From Albugo candida (lineage: Eukaryota): 64,000 nucleotides of DNA. Made by a program: the position numbers and the translations under genes. The notes below the pieces were generated by a model that saw nothing but the letters and a program-made list of their open reading frames with translations, did not search any database and was not told the origin of the DNA. Within the stretch, counting starts at the first letter, position 1, and each line of letters begins with the position of its first letter. Location of the stretch: positions 124,001 through 188,000 of the forward strand of contig JBDOQK010000058.1 of assembly GCA_040437565.1 (NCBI GenBank), given 5' to 3'. This document shows, piece after piece, positions 12,156 through 23,957 of the stretch.

Positions 12156-13375
12156 TCGCCCATGCTTTTAATCATTACGAAATTCATACGCAATTGCTGC
12201 AATAGTAGGCTCATTGGTCGCTGCTCTTGTCGCCTCTGCATCGGATTCCCATACGACTTGCCTGATCTTCCTGATTGAATCCGTTCCGAATTCTACCGAT
12301 TGACACTACCTGCTCATAGATCACTCTCTATCAGAGACGCACGCGGAAAATCCCACACAAAAATCTGTATCGAAATTCTATTGTGGATGCTGTAGAAATT
12401 GCTGCACCCGCCGAGTCAATATTGCATTTGTCCGGTAACATAAAGAACATGCAATTAGCTTGAGATATTGAAAGCTTGATGTAGGTCGCGCCATAAGTGC
12501 TGCATCAGGATTCTTTTAGAACCGCGAGGATACATTGTCACGAATGCCCATGTTGTAGACCGCTCAAACGATACTCTCGTATCGAAGTTACTTGTGTTGC
12601 TTGAAGCAAAATCCCAGCAAGCTTGCATAGTCAGGACCGCATGTCGGACCTTGCTATAATGCAAGTACAGCGAATGAAGCAACCGATGATAAGAAAACGA
12701 TCGAGTAGCCTGTTCTCCAGTTCGGGTCATCGAGTCAGCTACGACGTGGTGAATGGGTGTGTGGTCCAGGGAGCCATGTTACACTTCAGAATGGCGTTAG
12801 TGCTGGAACCATTACTCCAGTTGCACGACAAAGTAGTGAATTAGGATACTTTGGAAAGAGCGCGGGCGAATATCTGCAAACTGATGCAGCCATCAACACT
12901 GAAAACTCAGGTGGTCCTCTTGTAAATTTGGATGGTCAAGTGACAGGAACCAAGACAATGAAAGTTGAAGATAGCGTTGGAATCTCTTTTGCAATCCCGG
13001 TGGATGTAGCTGCACAAGTGATCAGACAATTACTACAGCATCGAAGGCTTATACGGTGGACTACAAATGATAAACGTGATGTCAGAAGTTTTGGGAATCT
13101 TGCGTCATCATTATAGAAACGTTTCGAGAGAACTAAAAGCAGTAACGCATCTGATAAGTATAATGGTGGTGTTATGGTAAAATCTGTCGCGCGAGGATCA
13201 CCAGCTGAAAAAGCGGGAATATTGGCCGGTGACATTATCGACACGGGACATTCTGGGACTCTTGGGATACGAAATTGGGCGGTCCATACACGTTCAATTA
13301 TGGAGACGCGGAGGGGATGGTTTGAGATTGTTGGCAATCATCACAGAAATGCTTCCAAGGAATAACTCGCTGTAG
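12151..13375 (+). pseudogene. HtrA2 pseudogene, 5'-truncated, with frameshifts and GNSGG>ENSGG
   Basis: Colinear with 6222-7508 including both introns. No start codon, multiple indels, broken ORFs 12623-12844, 12757-13116 and 13174-13365. Confidence 0.85.
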
Positions 13376-14487
13376 AATCATGGAGTGATCGTATGGATCC
13401 ATTTTTTAGAAGGAAATTTCAAGTCAATATGTCGTGCACAATCTTTTGTGCTGCAGTAGCAAGTGATACGCTCGAATAAACGCTCGACGCTTAACCTGTG
13501 TCTTCGATCTTGATGTATCGAAACGTTCCACTTGGAGCCCTGAACGAGGACAATGTAGTTGTAGCCCGTAGAAATTGGGAAGCTTTCTTCCCCAAAACTA
13601 GTCGGCAGTTGTAGGCATTACGGATGGGATTCTCGGCAGGTAGCTTTGCTTGGCAATTGATCTTCAAGATAATTACGTACACGTCGATGTGGTGACGATA
13701 GTGGACACCACGTCCTGATTAACTAGACTCTCGCAGCAACAAAATCACGCATTGACTTCTTCCAATAACAATGACAGATACAAAAAATTTTTATCAAATG
13801 GCACATTTGTTGGATATGGTGGAATTCCACGCCTTGCAGCTGCACAGCGACAACCCATTCAACATAGTCCCAATACTTGAGTAGAATGCATTTCCCCAAG
13901 TTAGGTGTTGACGTTCTTAAAATACTTATCTGAGTAAGTACTGAACCATTACGGTACGTAATCTGAGTTGGCCATGATGATGCGACTTTATGTGGTACAC
14001 CTCAAGGCGGATGTATTATCTTAGGATACCATCGGGATATTACGTAGTCAATCCTATTGGATAAAAATGGAAAGGCTATCAATAACCGATCAGGCAAACG
14101 TAGGACCATGTTCGTATAACACACTTTTCGATTGAAACTGCTCTAAAAAAAGGGAGCGTAATACAGATAGTATCATAATCCAGACGAAAACTGGAACTCT
14201 CTCATTTCAATTGTACTTGTTACTGTAGCGATCTCAGAGAGAAGACATCCGAGCAGTCAGATATACCAATGCGTTCACTGTCGTCGCTCTGTAACAGTGC
14301 AACTTCATTGCCACAAGCACACGATCGAAAAACGAAACAACCAATCACAAGTGTCTGTTTCATCGGATTCGTATGCGCTGCTTCGTCGTACAACTCTACC
14401 TTCAACAACATGACGATAATTCATGCTGAATCCATTCGCCACCACTCAAAATCCCGATCAGATTGACAAAAGTCACAAATCAATACA

Positions 14488-16056
14488 ATGCGCTCTTTGC
14501 ATGGCGCCACTCATCGCGCTTGGATATCAATGCTATCTCTCGCTTTCCTCTCATTCAATCTCATAAAAGCCCAACATTTAAATGATCCCCAGCAATGGGA
14601 AAATAGCGATGGCATCGAATTACGTCTCCAAGCTGCACCCGATCCTGTGCAGTCTGGCATGCCGGCTGATCTCGTTGTCATTCTCTTCATCAGTGAGCAG
14701 GATCCTCTAAACACGTTTGCCGGTCGAATTTCTTTCGTCCTCGACCAAATCGAATACAATAAGACGATTGTGGACAAACGCGCGTACATGACCCGGACAA
14801 AGATCGATAGTCTTGAAATCGAAGAAAATGAATGCCTTCCACAAAATGAAGTATCTTTCGATACTGTGGTAAACGCTTTTTCGTCGTTGAAATTGGTGGA
14901 TGGGTCACCAGAAATTATCGATGGTCGTGCGCATACCAAAAAGCGAATCCAGATAACCATTGCCAATATACCGTACCTGGTTTCCTCGTCTCGTAATGTC
15001 GTATCTGTTGACCCAATAGGCACCACGTTGGCATCGAAGATCGCATTTTTACGAGCCTTTGGGGATGCTGTAAAGTCGAGAGACATTCTGAAACCGCCAG
15101 GAGAAATGTCGATCACAGATTGTTTGCCTCTTCCAAATCGCTCTTTGGCTTATGTTGATCCGAATGTCGAGCAAGAAATTGTCCAATTCGACGACAAGGA
15201 CGGATGTCAATGTCCCGAAAACCGTCTTCCTTGCTTATTTGTGCACGGATTCGGTGTTCGCGAAGATTCAAATAGTCGCGATACATTCCATTATTGGAAA
15301 AATACGGCAGTCCGGGATCATTGCTGCTCAGAAATTCACTTTGTTCATTTTGAATTCTGGTTGCTACCCTGGCACGATGAAAAACTTGCTAAGCGGTACT
15401 GTGACGCTGCTCGTGAGCTGGTATCCACTCCAGACGACAAAACTATCGACGATATCGTTATCGTAGCGCACTCTGCCGGTAATCTGGTTGTCGCGAGGGC
15501 TGAAAATCTAGGACTTTGCAAGCTTGGACCGAACGTCAAATGGATCGCGTTAGCAGCACCGATGCGCGGAAGTACTCTCGCGGACTTAGCTGTTTCCATT
15601 GGATCAGGGAACGCAAGATCAGTTCGAAAAACGATCGCCGGCATATTCAAAAAGGGAGTTAAAGATTCGCTAACTCCGTTGTCGCTTGTCACCAAAGAAT
15701 CGATACACTGCAGCTCGGAATTGAAGAAGTTCTATGATGACGCCGAAAGCGTTTACATGAATAAAGCCAGCTCAATTTTGTGTGGAGAGAGTCATGTCGG
15801 TCTCATATCAAAACGCGCTGTGAAATACACGATGATATCGGCACTGTCGAATCAACTGACCAAAAAAACTGATGGATCAGTATCCTTTTCAAGTTGTCGT
15901 GCCGGATACCGAGTGGAAGATTTCAAAACGACTTGGAAAAATACGCGACGTTATCTTGCGCGGCTGAATCACCAGGATTTGAAGCTTGTTGGTTTCACAG
16001 ACGGATTGTGGGGAGATGATAGAAAGCCTTTAAAGTGGTTCAAATGTCAATTTTAA
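14488..16056 (+). CDS. Secreted alpha/beta-hydrolase, paralog B
   Basis: Intact 522-aa ORF colinear with 9164-10747. Signal peptide, LFVHGFG, AHSAGN, TDGSV, LNHQD, KPLKWFKCQF. Confidence 0.75.
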   Translation: MRSLHGATHRAWISMLSLAFLSFNLIKAQHLNDPQQWENSDGIELRLQAAPDPVQSGMPADLVVILFISEQDPLNTFAGRISFVLDQIEYNKTIVDKRAYMTRTKIDSLEIEENECLPQNEVSFDTVVNAFSSLKLVDGSPEIIDGRAHTKKRIQITIANIPYLVSSSRNVVSVDPIGTTLASKIAFLRAFGDAVKSRDILKPPGEMSITDCLPLPNRSLAYVDPNVEQEIVQFDDKDGCQCPENRLPCLFVHGFGVREDSNSRDTFHYWKNTAVRDHCCSEIHFVHFEFWLLPWHDEKLAKRYCDAARELVSTPDDKTIDDIVIVAHSAGNLVVARAENLGLCKLGPNVKWIALAAPMRGSTLADLAVSIGSGNARSVRKTIAGIFKKGVKDSLTPLSLVTKESIHCSSELKKFYDDAESVYMNKASSILCGESHVGLISKRAVKYTMISALSNQLTKKTDGSVSFSSCRAGYRVEDFKTTWKNTRRYLARLNHQDLKLVGFTDGLWGDDRKPLKWFKCQF

Positions 16057-16726
16057 GACGCTTCCGGTAACGCATAATCAATTGATTTTCATTGCGACTA
16101 TTGTTTTGTCTCGAAAATGCTTTGGCAAACCTTCTCGTCCGTTTAAAATGACGCAGTGACTGTGAGAACCAGTGGCGCTCGGATTTGAAGCAAGAAAGCG
16201 GTCACTCCTTTGTACTGAAAGCGCCTGTGATTTACTGCGTACAATGTGTGTAGAAATCTTTTCCCTTTACGTGTCACGTGTAGTGCTCAATTAGCTATTT
16301 TGAAAAGTGTATGTCTACCGATTCGTACACTTATCGCACTTATCGAAATTTGCAAAGTTTTCATGTCGTCGCTACGCCTTAAATGAAAGAGCTTGAATGG
16401 AATTGAACTCACGGAAAAACCCATCCATTGTACACTCTGAAATAAGCTCATTCATTCTGTCGTATTGACAATATATGGATAGCGCAATTTCGCAATATTT
16501 CATACACGTTATTCTCTCACGTTCTCGAGTTCCTTAAACTGTAATTGGGCTATCTCACGCGTAAACTGTAGGATCTATTTTGGGAACTAGCGACCGGTTA
16601 CATATTGAATGTATGAAATTCTGCTGATGTAAAAATTAGATCTTGGTTTCAGATACTCGACTACACGAACCAGCTGTCGTACTTAACGAAATTAGCGATC
16701 CGAGAAAGTCACTTTCGTCGTTCGTA

Positions 16727-18772
16727 ATGCAAAAACTCATATGTTATACGCTTTTACTCTCTTTTCATTCGTGCGCGATATTACACAATGAGAAATGTAA
16801 TGATGATTTTCGCATCGGGGTAGGAAAAGCTGACATCACAGGGCCTACCGCCGAGTCCATTATGATAGGATACGGCCAAATTCGTCAAACAACGCAAGGC
16901 TTACTCAATCGGCTTTACGCTCGAGCTTTTATGCTAGAGGAACGCGGAAAAGAGTCTCGCACTGTTATTGTAGTCTGCGATCTGCTTGCAGTATTTCAGG
17001 TCATCCATCAGAAAGTTCTAAAGGAACTTAGTCAACGATTTCCCGGCGTTTACACGGAGCAGAATGTCGTCTTACACGCAACACATACGCATTCGACACC
17101 CGGCGGAACTTCAGCGTACGCTTTGTATTCCTTTTCGACATTGGGGTTCCATCGCGATAGTTTTGACACAATTGTGAATGGAATTATCAAGGCGATCGAG
17201 CAAGCACACCTTTCAATGGAAGAAGGGTGTGTCCGTTATAGCAAAGCAAAAGCTCAAAAAACAGGCATTAATAGATCGCCTTTCGCGTACAGTGCGAATC
17301 CGAAAGAAGAACGTGATCGGTACAAGGAGAAAATTGACAGTGAGTTGCGGCTGCTTCAGTTTTGGAGTGCGAATGGCTCCAGGCTTCGAGGCTTGTTGGC
17401 CTTCTTCCCGGTTCACGCTACTAGTCTTACTTCAGAGAATCACTTAATCAGTGGAGATAATCATGGGTACGCAGAGTACGTTTTGGAAGATAAATTTAGA
17501 GAGCGCAGCACAATTGTTGCAATTGGAAACTCAAATTCCGGAGATGTGAGTCCAAATTTGGTGCATCGTGGAGATGGGACACTAACCGGAGAAGGAAAAG
17601 ATGACATTGAAAGCGCGGAAATCATCGGTGGTCGATTAGCAGAGAAAGTTTTATGGTTACTCGATCAGAAAAGTACTTGTTTGACTGCCCCATTGTCTTC
17701 AAAGCTTTCGTATGTTGACTTTTCAAATGTTGTTATTGGCAACTGGACGCTATTCAACTCGACTGATGTCAAGAAAAGACGTACTTGCCCAGCAGTATTG
17801 GGCCAAAACTTTATCGCAGGCACCGAAGACGGACGAGGCTTTTCAATGTTTTACGAAGGAGACCTCAAAACAAATCCTTATCTGGGCGTGCTTCAACGTG
17901 TTCTGTTCCAGCTCCCTGAATGGGTTGCAGACTGTCATTTGCATTACAAAGTACCGTTTGTGGGCACAGGTTTGGCTACTCCGGCTCCTTGGACGCCCAA
18001 TATATTACCTCTTCAAATCGTACGCATTGGACCAATTGCCCTTGTCGTAACCAGCTTTGAAGTGACGACAATGGCTGGACGTCGTATACGCGAAACACTA
18101 CTGAATGCCTTCAATCAGAGTGTCAGCGATATCGAAATTGTAGCAACAAGCAACGGGTATGCGCAATATGTGACGACATTCGAAGAGTATAAGGTGCAAG
18201 AATATGAAGGAGCTTCAACTCTTTTCGGTCCGCATCAGTTGGAAGCAATGCAGCAAGAACTCGTACGAATTAGTTTGTCTGTTTTGTCCCCGGAAGAATT
18301 CCCTATCGAGCGCGGTCCATTACCGTACGAATTCGATTTCTCGAGCTTAGTTGACCTTGAAAGCGGCGTCATTTTTGATAGTGTTCCGTGGGGTAAACGA
18401 TTTGGTGATTTGCACCGTGATGTCTGTGCAAAGTACGATATTGGGGCCACGGTTGAAGTTTCCTTTTATGGCGGACATCCTAAAGTACGGTATGATGAAA
18501 TCAAATCTTTTTGCGATGTGGAGAAAATGGGGCAGAGTAGGAAGGGATCACAGGCACAGATCTGGCTGCGGGATGATTCCTGGGACGTACGGATGTACTG
18601 GAGTCGTCTTGGTCTGAGTTTTAACAAAGTGACGTGTTCTTGGTACATTCGGAATGGAAGTCGTACATCCGTACACGGGACATACCGCATAAAGCACCAC
18701 GGCTTTGCTAAGTTATGGACGGGAGATTTCGAAGCGTATATTGGCAATTCCAGTACGTTTATGGTGTCCTAA
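16727..18772 (+). CDS. Neutral/alkaline non-lysosomal ceramidase, secreted
   Basis: IGVGKADITGP, RLYARAF, Zn-binding HATHTHSTPGG, NRS, catalytic GDVSPN, EVTTMAGRR, NGYAQYVTTFEEY..YEGASTLFGPH. The first ATG (16727) is followed by a hydrophobic signal peptide. Intronless. Confidence 0.92.
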   Translation: MQKLICYTLLLSFHSCAILHNEKCNDDFRIGVGKADITGPTAESIMIGYGQIRQTTQGLLNRLYARAFMLEERGKESRTVIVVCDLLAVFQVIHQKVLKELSQRFPGVYTEQNVVLHATHTHSTPGGTSAYALYSFSTLGFHRDSFDTIVNGIIKAIEQAHLSMEEGCVRYSKAKAQKTGINRSPFAYSANPKEERDRYKEKIDSELRLLQFWSANGSRLRGLLAFFPVHATSLTSENHLISGDNHGYAEYVLEDKFRERSTIVAIGNSNSGDVSPNLVHRGDGTLTGEGKDDIESAEIIGGRLAEKVLWLLDQKSTCLTAPLSSKLSYVDFSNVVIGNWTLFNSTDVKKRRTCPAVLGQNFIAGTEDGRGFSMFYEGDLKTNPYLGVLQRVLFQLPEWVADCHLHYKVPFVGTGLATPAPWTPNILPLQIVRIGPIALVVTSFEVTTMAGRRIRETLLNAFNQSVSDIEIVATSNGYAQYVTTFEEYKVQEYEGASTLFGPHQLEAMQQELVRISLSVLSPEEFPIERGPLPYEFDFSSLVDLESGVIFDSVPWGKRFGDLHRDVCAKYDIGATVEVSFYGGHPKVRYDEIKSFCDVEKMGQSRKGSQAQIWLRDDSWDVRMYWSRLGLSFNKVTCSWYIRNGSRTSVHGTYRIKHHGFAKLWTGDFEAYIGNSSTFMVS

Positions 18773-19758
18773 ATGAACACTCTAACAACGTATATATCAT
18801 CTTTTCCTATAACCTCCGCGATTACGTTATATAGATATTCTCGATATGTTCTTACTTGACTGTGAAAGTTCATACATCAAGGTTTTTCAATGAGGTTTTG
18901 AAGAAAACATTCAATTCAATACAATTCATTACGCTCTAGAGCTGAGGTCACGCGTCACGATTTCCTTAGAAAGGGGTTTGGAACAAACAGTTTTTGGTGT
19001 GCACATACTTGACCGAATGTATACGTCCAAACGCCGAACTCTTGGGTACGAAGCGGGCATAGGAGCTGACGTTGGGGCTTCGACATTTGCAAATCGACGA
19101 GCACGAATGAAGAAAGGAGGAAATGGGAATCTCACAAATTACCAACGCAAGCTGATCTGTGAATTTTATATACGAACGGGAGGTATTATGTCCCAAAAAG
19201 ACCTTGCGCAATGGACAAAACATGAGTTCGGACTTAAGAAAACACCCGCACAATCTACGATTTCAGGAATTCTACGAAGACAGCATGAGTATATCAATAT
19301 GAGTGTGCAGGAACTGAATATCAAAAAGCGTCGAGTTGTACAGCATCCTCAATTGGATGAAGCGCTGGCGAATTGGGTCATACAATGCGCTCATCGTGGG
19401 ATTGTTGTCCAAGGAGACATGACAAAGGAGAAAGGGAAATATTTTGCCCAATTATTACACATACCGGAAGAAGAACAGCCAGAATTCTCGAACGGATGGC
19501 TTCATTCTTTTCAAGTGCGTCATAATTTTAGTTTTCGTAAATTTCACAATTATGCGCATTCTCGGGAAACACGGAAATATTTGACTTGGAGCACACGCGA
19601 AGCACTTTTGGAAGTAACACAAAAATTTGAAGTGCAAAATATATTCAGTGTCCATGAAACAGTCTTTTTGTACCAGCGATCACCGATTTTGTTATCAACC
19701 CGTCAAAATGAGGATGGGTACGAAGAAAGCGAAGATAGTTTTGTCAAGCGTCTCGTTG
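18497..19758 (+). repeat. Assembly overlap: duplicate of 19859-21120 across a 100-N gap (ceramidase 3' end plus CENP-B-like 5' part)
   Basis: Sequence appears identical on both sides of gap 19759-19858. ORFs 18978-19979 and 19880-20134 are redundant. Confidence 0.85.
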
Positions 19759-20378
19759 NNNNNNNNNNNNNNNNNNNNNNNNNNNNNNNNNNNNNNNNNN
19801 NNNNNNNNNNNNNNNNNNNNNNNNNNNNNNNNNNNNNNNNNNNNNNNNNNNNNNNNNNGAAATCAAATCTTTTTGCGATGTGGAGAAAATGGGGCAGAGT
19901 AGGAAGGGATCACAGGCACAGATCTGGCTGCGGGATGATTCCTGGGACGTACGGATGTACTGGAGTCGTCTTGGTCTGAGTTTTAACAAAGTGACGTGTT
20001 CTTGGTACATTCGGAATGGAAGTCGTACATCCGTACACGGGACATACCGCATAAAGCACCACGGCTTTGCTAAGTTATGGACGGGAGATTTCGAAGCGTA
20101 TATTGGCAATTCCAGTACGTTTATGGTGTCCTAAATGAACACTCTAACAACGTATATATCATCTTTTCCTATAACCTCCGCGATTACGTTATATAGATAT
20201 TCTCGATATGTTCTTACTTGACTGTGAAAGTTCATACATCAAGGTTTTTCAATGAGGTTTTGAAGAAAACATTCAATTCAATACAATTCATTACGCTCTA
20301 GAGCTGAGGTCACGCGTCACGATTTCCTTAGAAAGGGGTTTGGAACAAACAGTTTTTGGTGTGCACATACTTGACCGA

Positions 20379-22454
20379 ATGTATACGTCCAAACGCCGAA
20401 CTCTTGGGTACGAAGCGGGCATAGGAGCTGACGTTGGGGCTTCGACATTTGCAAATCGACGAGCACGAATGAAGAAAGGAGGAAATGGGAATCTCACAAA
20501 TTACCAACGCAAGCTGATCTGTGAATTTTATATACGAACGGGAGGTATTATGTCCCAAAAAGACCTTGCGCAATGGACAAAACATGAGTTCGGACTTAAG
20601 AAAACACCCGCACAATCTACGATTTCAGGAATTCTACGAAGACAGCATGAGTATATCAATATGAGTGTGCAGGAACTGAATATCAAAAAGCGTCGAGTTG
20701 TACAGCATCCTCAATTGGATGAAGCGCTGGCGAATTGGGTCATACAATGCGCTCATCGTGGGATTGTTGTCCAAGGAGACATGACAAAGGAGAAAGGGAA
20801 ATATTTTGCCCAATTATTACACATACCGGAAGAAGAACAGCCAGAATTCTCGAACGGATGGCTTCATTCTTTTCAAGTGCGTCATAATTTTAGTTTTCGT
20901 AAATTTCACAATTATGCGCATTCTCGGGAAACACGGAAATATTTGACTTGGAGCACACGCGAAGCACTTTTGGAAGTAACACAAAAATTTGAAGTGCAAA
21001 ATATATTCAGTGTCCATGAAACAGTCTTTTTGTACCAGCGATCACCGATTTTGTTATCAACCCGTCAAAATGAGGATGGGTACGAAGAAAGCGAAGATAG
21101 TTTTGTCAAGCGTCTCGTTGTAGCGCTCGCGTGCAACGCCAATGGCTCTGAACGACTACAGCCTCTTTATATTTCTCATCATCAACAGCCAAAGTGTTTT
21201 CGAACAAAAACGGCCGAAGAGCAGTCATTCCAGTACTTCGCCAACCCGAGAGCTTGGATGACTGGCGTTATATTCTCACGCTGGATTGAGCGACTAGATA
21301 GTGCGATGGCCTCACAACGTCGTAAAATTCTCTTATTCCTCGATGTGGCTGCGTCCCATGTGGTCGCTCATCTCGAATTGACCAACATCACTGTATTCTA
21401 TTTACCACAGTCGCTAATGCAGCATGCTGCACATAACAAATTGGCTGATCCTGCGATGGCTGAGAACCCGGAAGTATACAACACGGATGTGAAATGGAGC
21501 CCTCAAGTATCAAATCCCTTACGTCAAGCCACGTTACTGCACACATTGAAGAAACAATATCGACTGTCTGAACTCAAACATGCTTGCCAACGAAAGAAGA
21601 CTGGACTTGTGAGATATTATGGCGTTCATCTCTTAAACGCCATGGAGTGGATCAGTGCAAATTGGCAAGAATTATCAAGGGATGTGATCGTGCATGCGTG
21701 GGAGATGTCAGAGCTTTTACCAAATCGACTTGACATGCAACCAGAACTTCTTACTCAGAAATTGACGCATCTTAACGATCAGCTTGAAGAAGAATGGGCG
21801 TCCTACATGATGGAAATGAGGATTGATCCTTCATCTCTTATTCACGATCATTTGGATGATGAGATGCGCATCAAATACCCGATTCACGAAGACACATTTG
21901 ACACCGTAGTTCCCGCTGAAATCGTATCCGATACCGAAATGGACGATGAGGTTCCTCTTCTGCTTGATATCCACGTGTACACGCGAATCTAACATGCTTT
22001 TTTGTGGTAGATGGAGGTAGCTTTGGACGAAAACTCTTGTCAGATAGCGACTCGAACGACTACAGTGCCTCTTTTGCAGCGTGTGCATATGGAAGCACAA
22101 CGATCGAGTATCGGTCAGCATACGTACGTTTCAAATCACGCGTCTGTGATGGGGACGCATGCGAATCACTGCATTAACTCCAACACGTTGCATTCCACTT
22201 CTCCAGCACAATACAACCCGGTAGATCTACATGGAATGTCTTCTTCACAAATGGAAATGCCAACGAACGGATACGTTAGTCTGACTTCACATCACTCAAT
22301 GCACAGTTTTCATGCTCAAATGCAGATGCAGCATTTCCACACCATGCAACACGAAATGGGAAATCCAATGATGATCCAAGGGATGCCTTCACAGCGTTCG
22401 CCATCTCAGCATCAGATCCAATCTCTTCATGATGACGTCCGTGAGTTGGTATAA
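20379..22454 (+). CDS. CENP-B/pogo(Tigger)-derived protein: HTH + degenerate DDE_1 domain + Q/H/M-rich C-terminus; intron 21951-22010
   Basis: HTH region SQKDLAQWTKHEFGLKKTPAQSTISGIL..HPQLDEALANW..FSNGWLHSFQVRH. DDE_1 region ACNANGSERL..YFANPRAWMT..IFSRWI..RKILLFLD. A 60-nt phase-0 GT-AG intron with a CTAAC branch point joins ORF 20340-21992 to ORF 22011-22454. No terminal inverted repeats seen. Confidence 0.8.
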
Positions 22455-22737
22455 GAACAAAAATATTTGCTATGATCTCTTCTTGCACTGATCTCCTCTC
22501 TCATGCACACTTTTTCTCATCAGCTGGGCTGCCCGCCACGAGGCGCGTCCAACACGTGACTTCTGATCCGTAGCATTCTCCAGCATAGCTAATGGTATCA
22601 ACAGTCTGTGCTTTCTATCAAGCTGTAGGCCTTCCAAGCCGGCAAGAAAAGACTACAGCAGAGGCTTACATGAAATGTACGATGGAACATAATCACTTTA
22701 TTACTCATTCGACAACACTTTTATCGACTCTGAGACC

Positions 22738-23873
22738 TTACTGCGCTTTTGAGAAATCTTGCAGCATGAATTTGAAAGCGTCATTGACATCGGCCACAAC
22801 ACGGTATGCTGGATGTTCTTTGTGGTTTCCGGGTCCGACATGCATACCAGAGAGCGTCAAGAGAGATTTCCATCGTCCGCCGGCTCCATTGGCTCCTTGT
22901 ATATCTGTCAGCGGATTGTCACCGATCATATAGATACGCTCGACATTCTCATGCTGCTCGTCAATCAGCTTCTCCACATACTCAAACGAGGTCTTTTCCG
23001 GCTTTCCATAGAATGTTTGCTCCAAATGATGTCCGGTTGTCCGATGATACAAATGCTACAAGAAACGTCAAGACGAATCGACTGGAGGATCAAACAGTAT
23101 ACCTCCAATACAGCTCGGAATGCACCCGCGCCATACCGAGGTAGATGGAAATCGCTCATATACTGGAAATCCATACAAGCCGAATAGACGGGAACCTATT
23201 GCATCTGACGTTCAGAAATGGTCGTCCAGTACATGCACACACGAACCTGTTGTCGAAGTCCTTTATCGCCGAGTCTTCCCTCTTGAGCGCAAACAACATC
23301 CATGACAATTTGCAATTCACGACCCCAATAAATGGGATCGATGAGCACAAATACAGCGGCGAATTGGTGCTTACAGAGCTCCAATTGAACCATATTGAGT
23401 CGTTCAGCGTCGGATGAAATCGGTATATCTGGGTACAATTTGGGGAAATTATTGTGCAACTGGCCAACCGTAAGCGCATTCTGGAATCCATACTTCTTCA
23501 TCACCGCGCTGAGATCAGTGCAATCTTTTCCAACAGCCAACACGAGCTCATTTTTATACTTTGCGGCGAGTTTTCGCATCGGACTGTGACTCAAACACAT
23601 TTTCTTGGGATCGATCTCGTAATTGAGTATTTCAGAAAGCTGTTCGGCCTTTCTCTCTTCCACATAACCACCTGCGTTCGTCATGATCACATGCGGAATT
23701 GCTCGATCTTGGAGCCCTTGTAAGACCGACGCTGCGCCAGGAATTGGGACTTTGCCGCGAATAAGGACACCATCGACGTCTATCGCCACTCCGAATGTGC
23801 TTTTCTGACGAGCAGAGCACGCGCTGTGCAAGCGGAAGACGTCGGTCTGCGTGTAACGAATGCGTCGCCACAT
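22738..23873 (-). CDS. HAD-superfamily class IIA hydrolase (CECR5/HDHD5-like); introns 23196-23246 and 23056-23102
   Basis: Motif I DVDGVL, TNAGG, SHSP, DFQYMSDFHLPRYGAGAF, YGKP, YMIGDNPLTDIQGA. Both introns restore frame. The N-terminus MWRRIR looks like a mitochondrial presequence. Confidence 0.85.
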
Positions 23874-23957
23874 GAGCTCGAATGAAGCGTCCAAAGGGTC
23901 TCATTGATGTCGTGTGAGTGTGGTAAGAATGTAACTATTATTATGATGTTTAGGAGC

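Noticed and set aside
14511-15116. Long antisense ORFs (also 41131-41616, 57220-57648, 1044-1466)
   Set aside because: Shadows of real genes on the opposite strand, with no independent motifs.
18978-20134. Apparent second CENP-B-like gene and second ceramidase 3' end
   Set aside because: A 1262-bp overlap across gap 19759-19858 with no differences seen.
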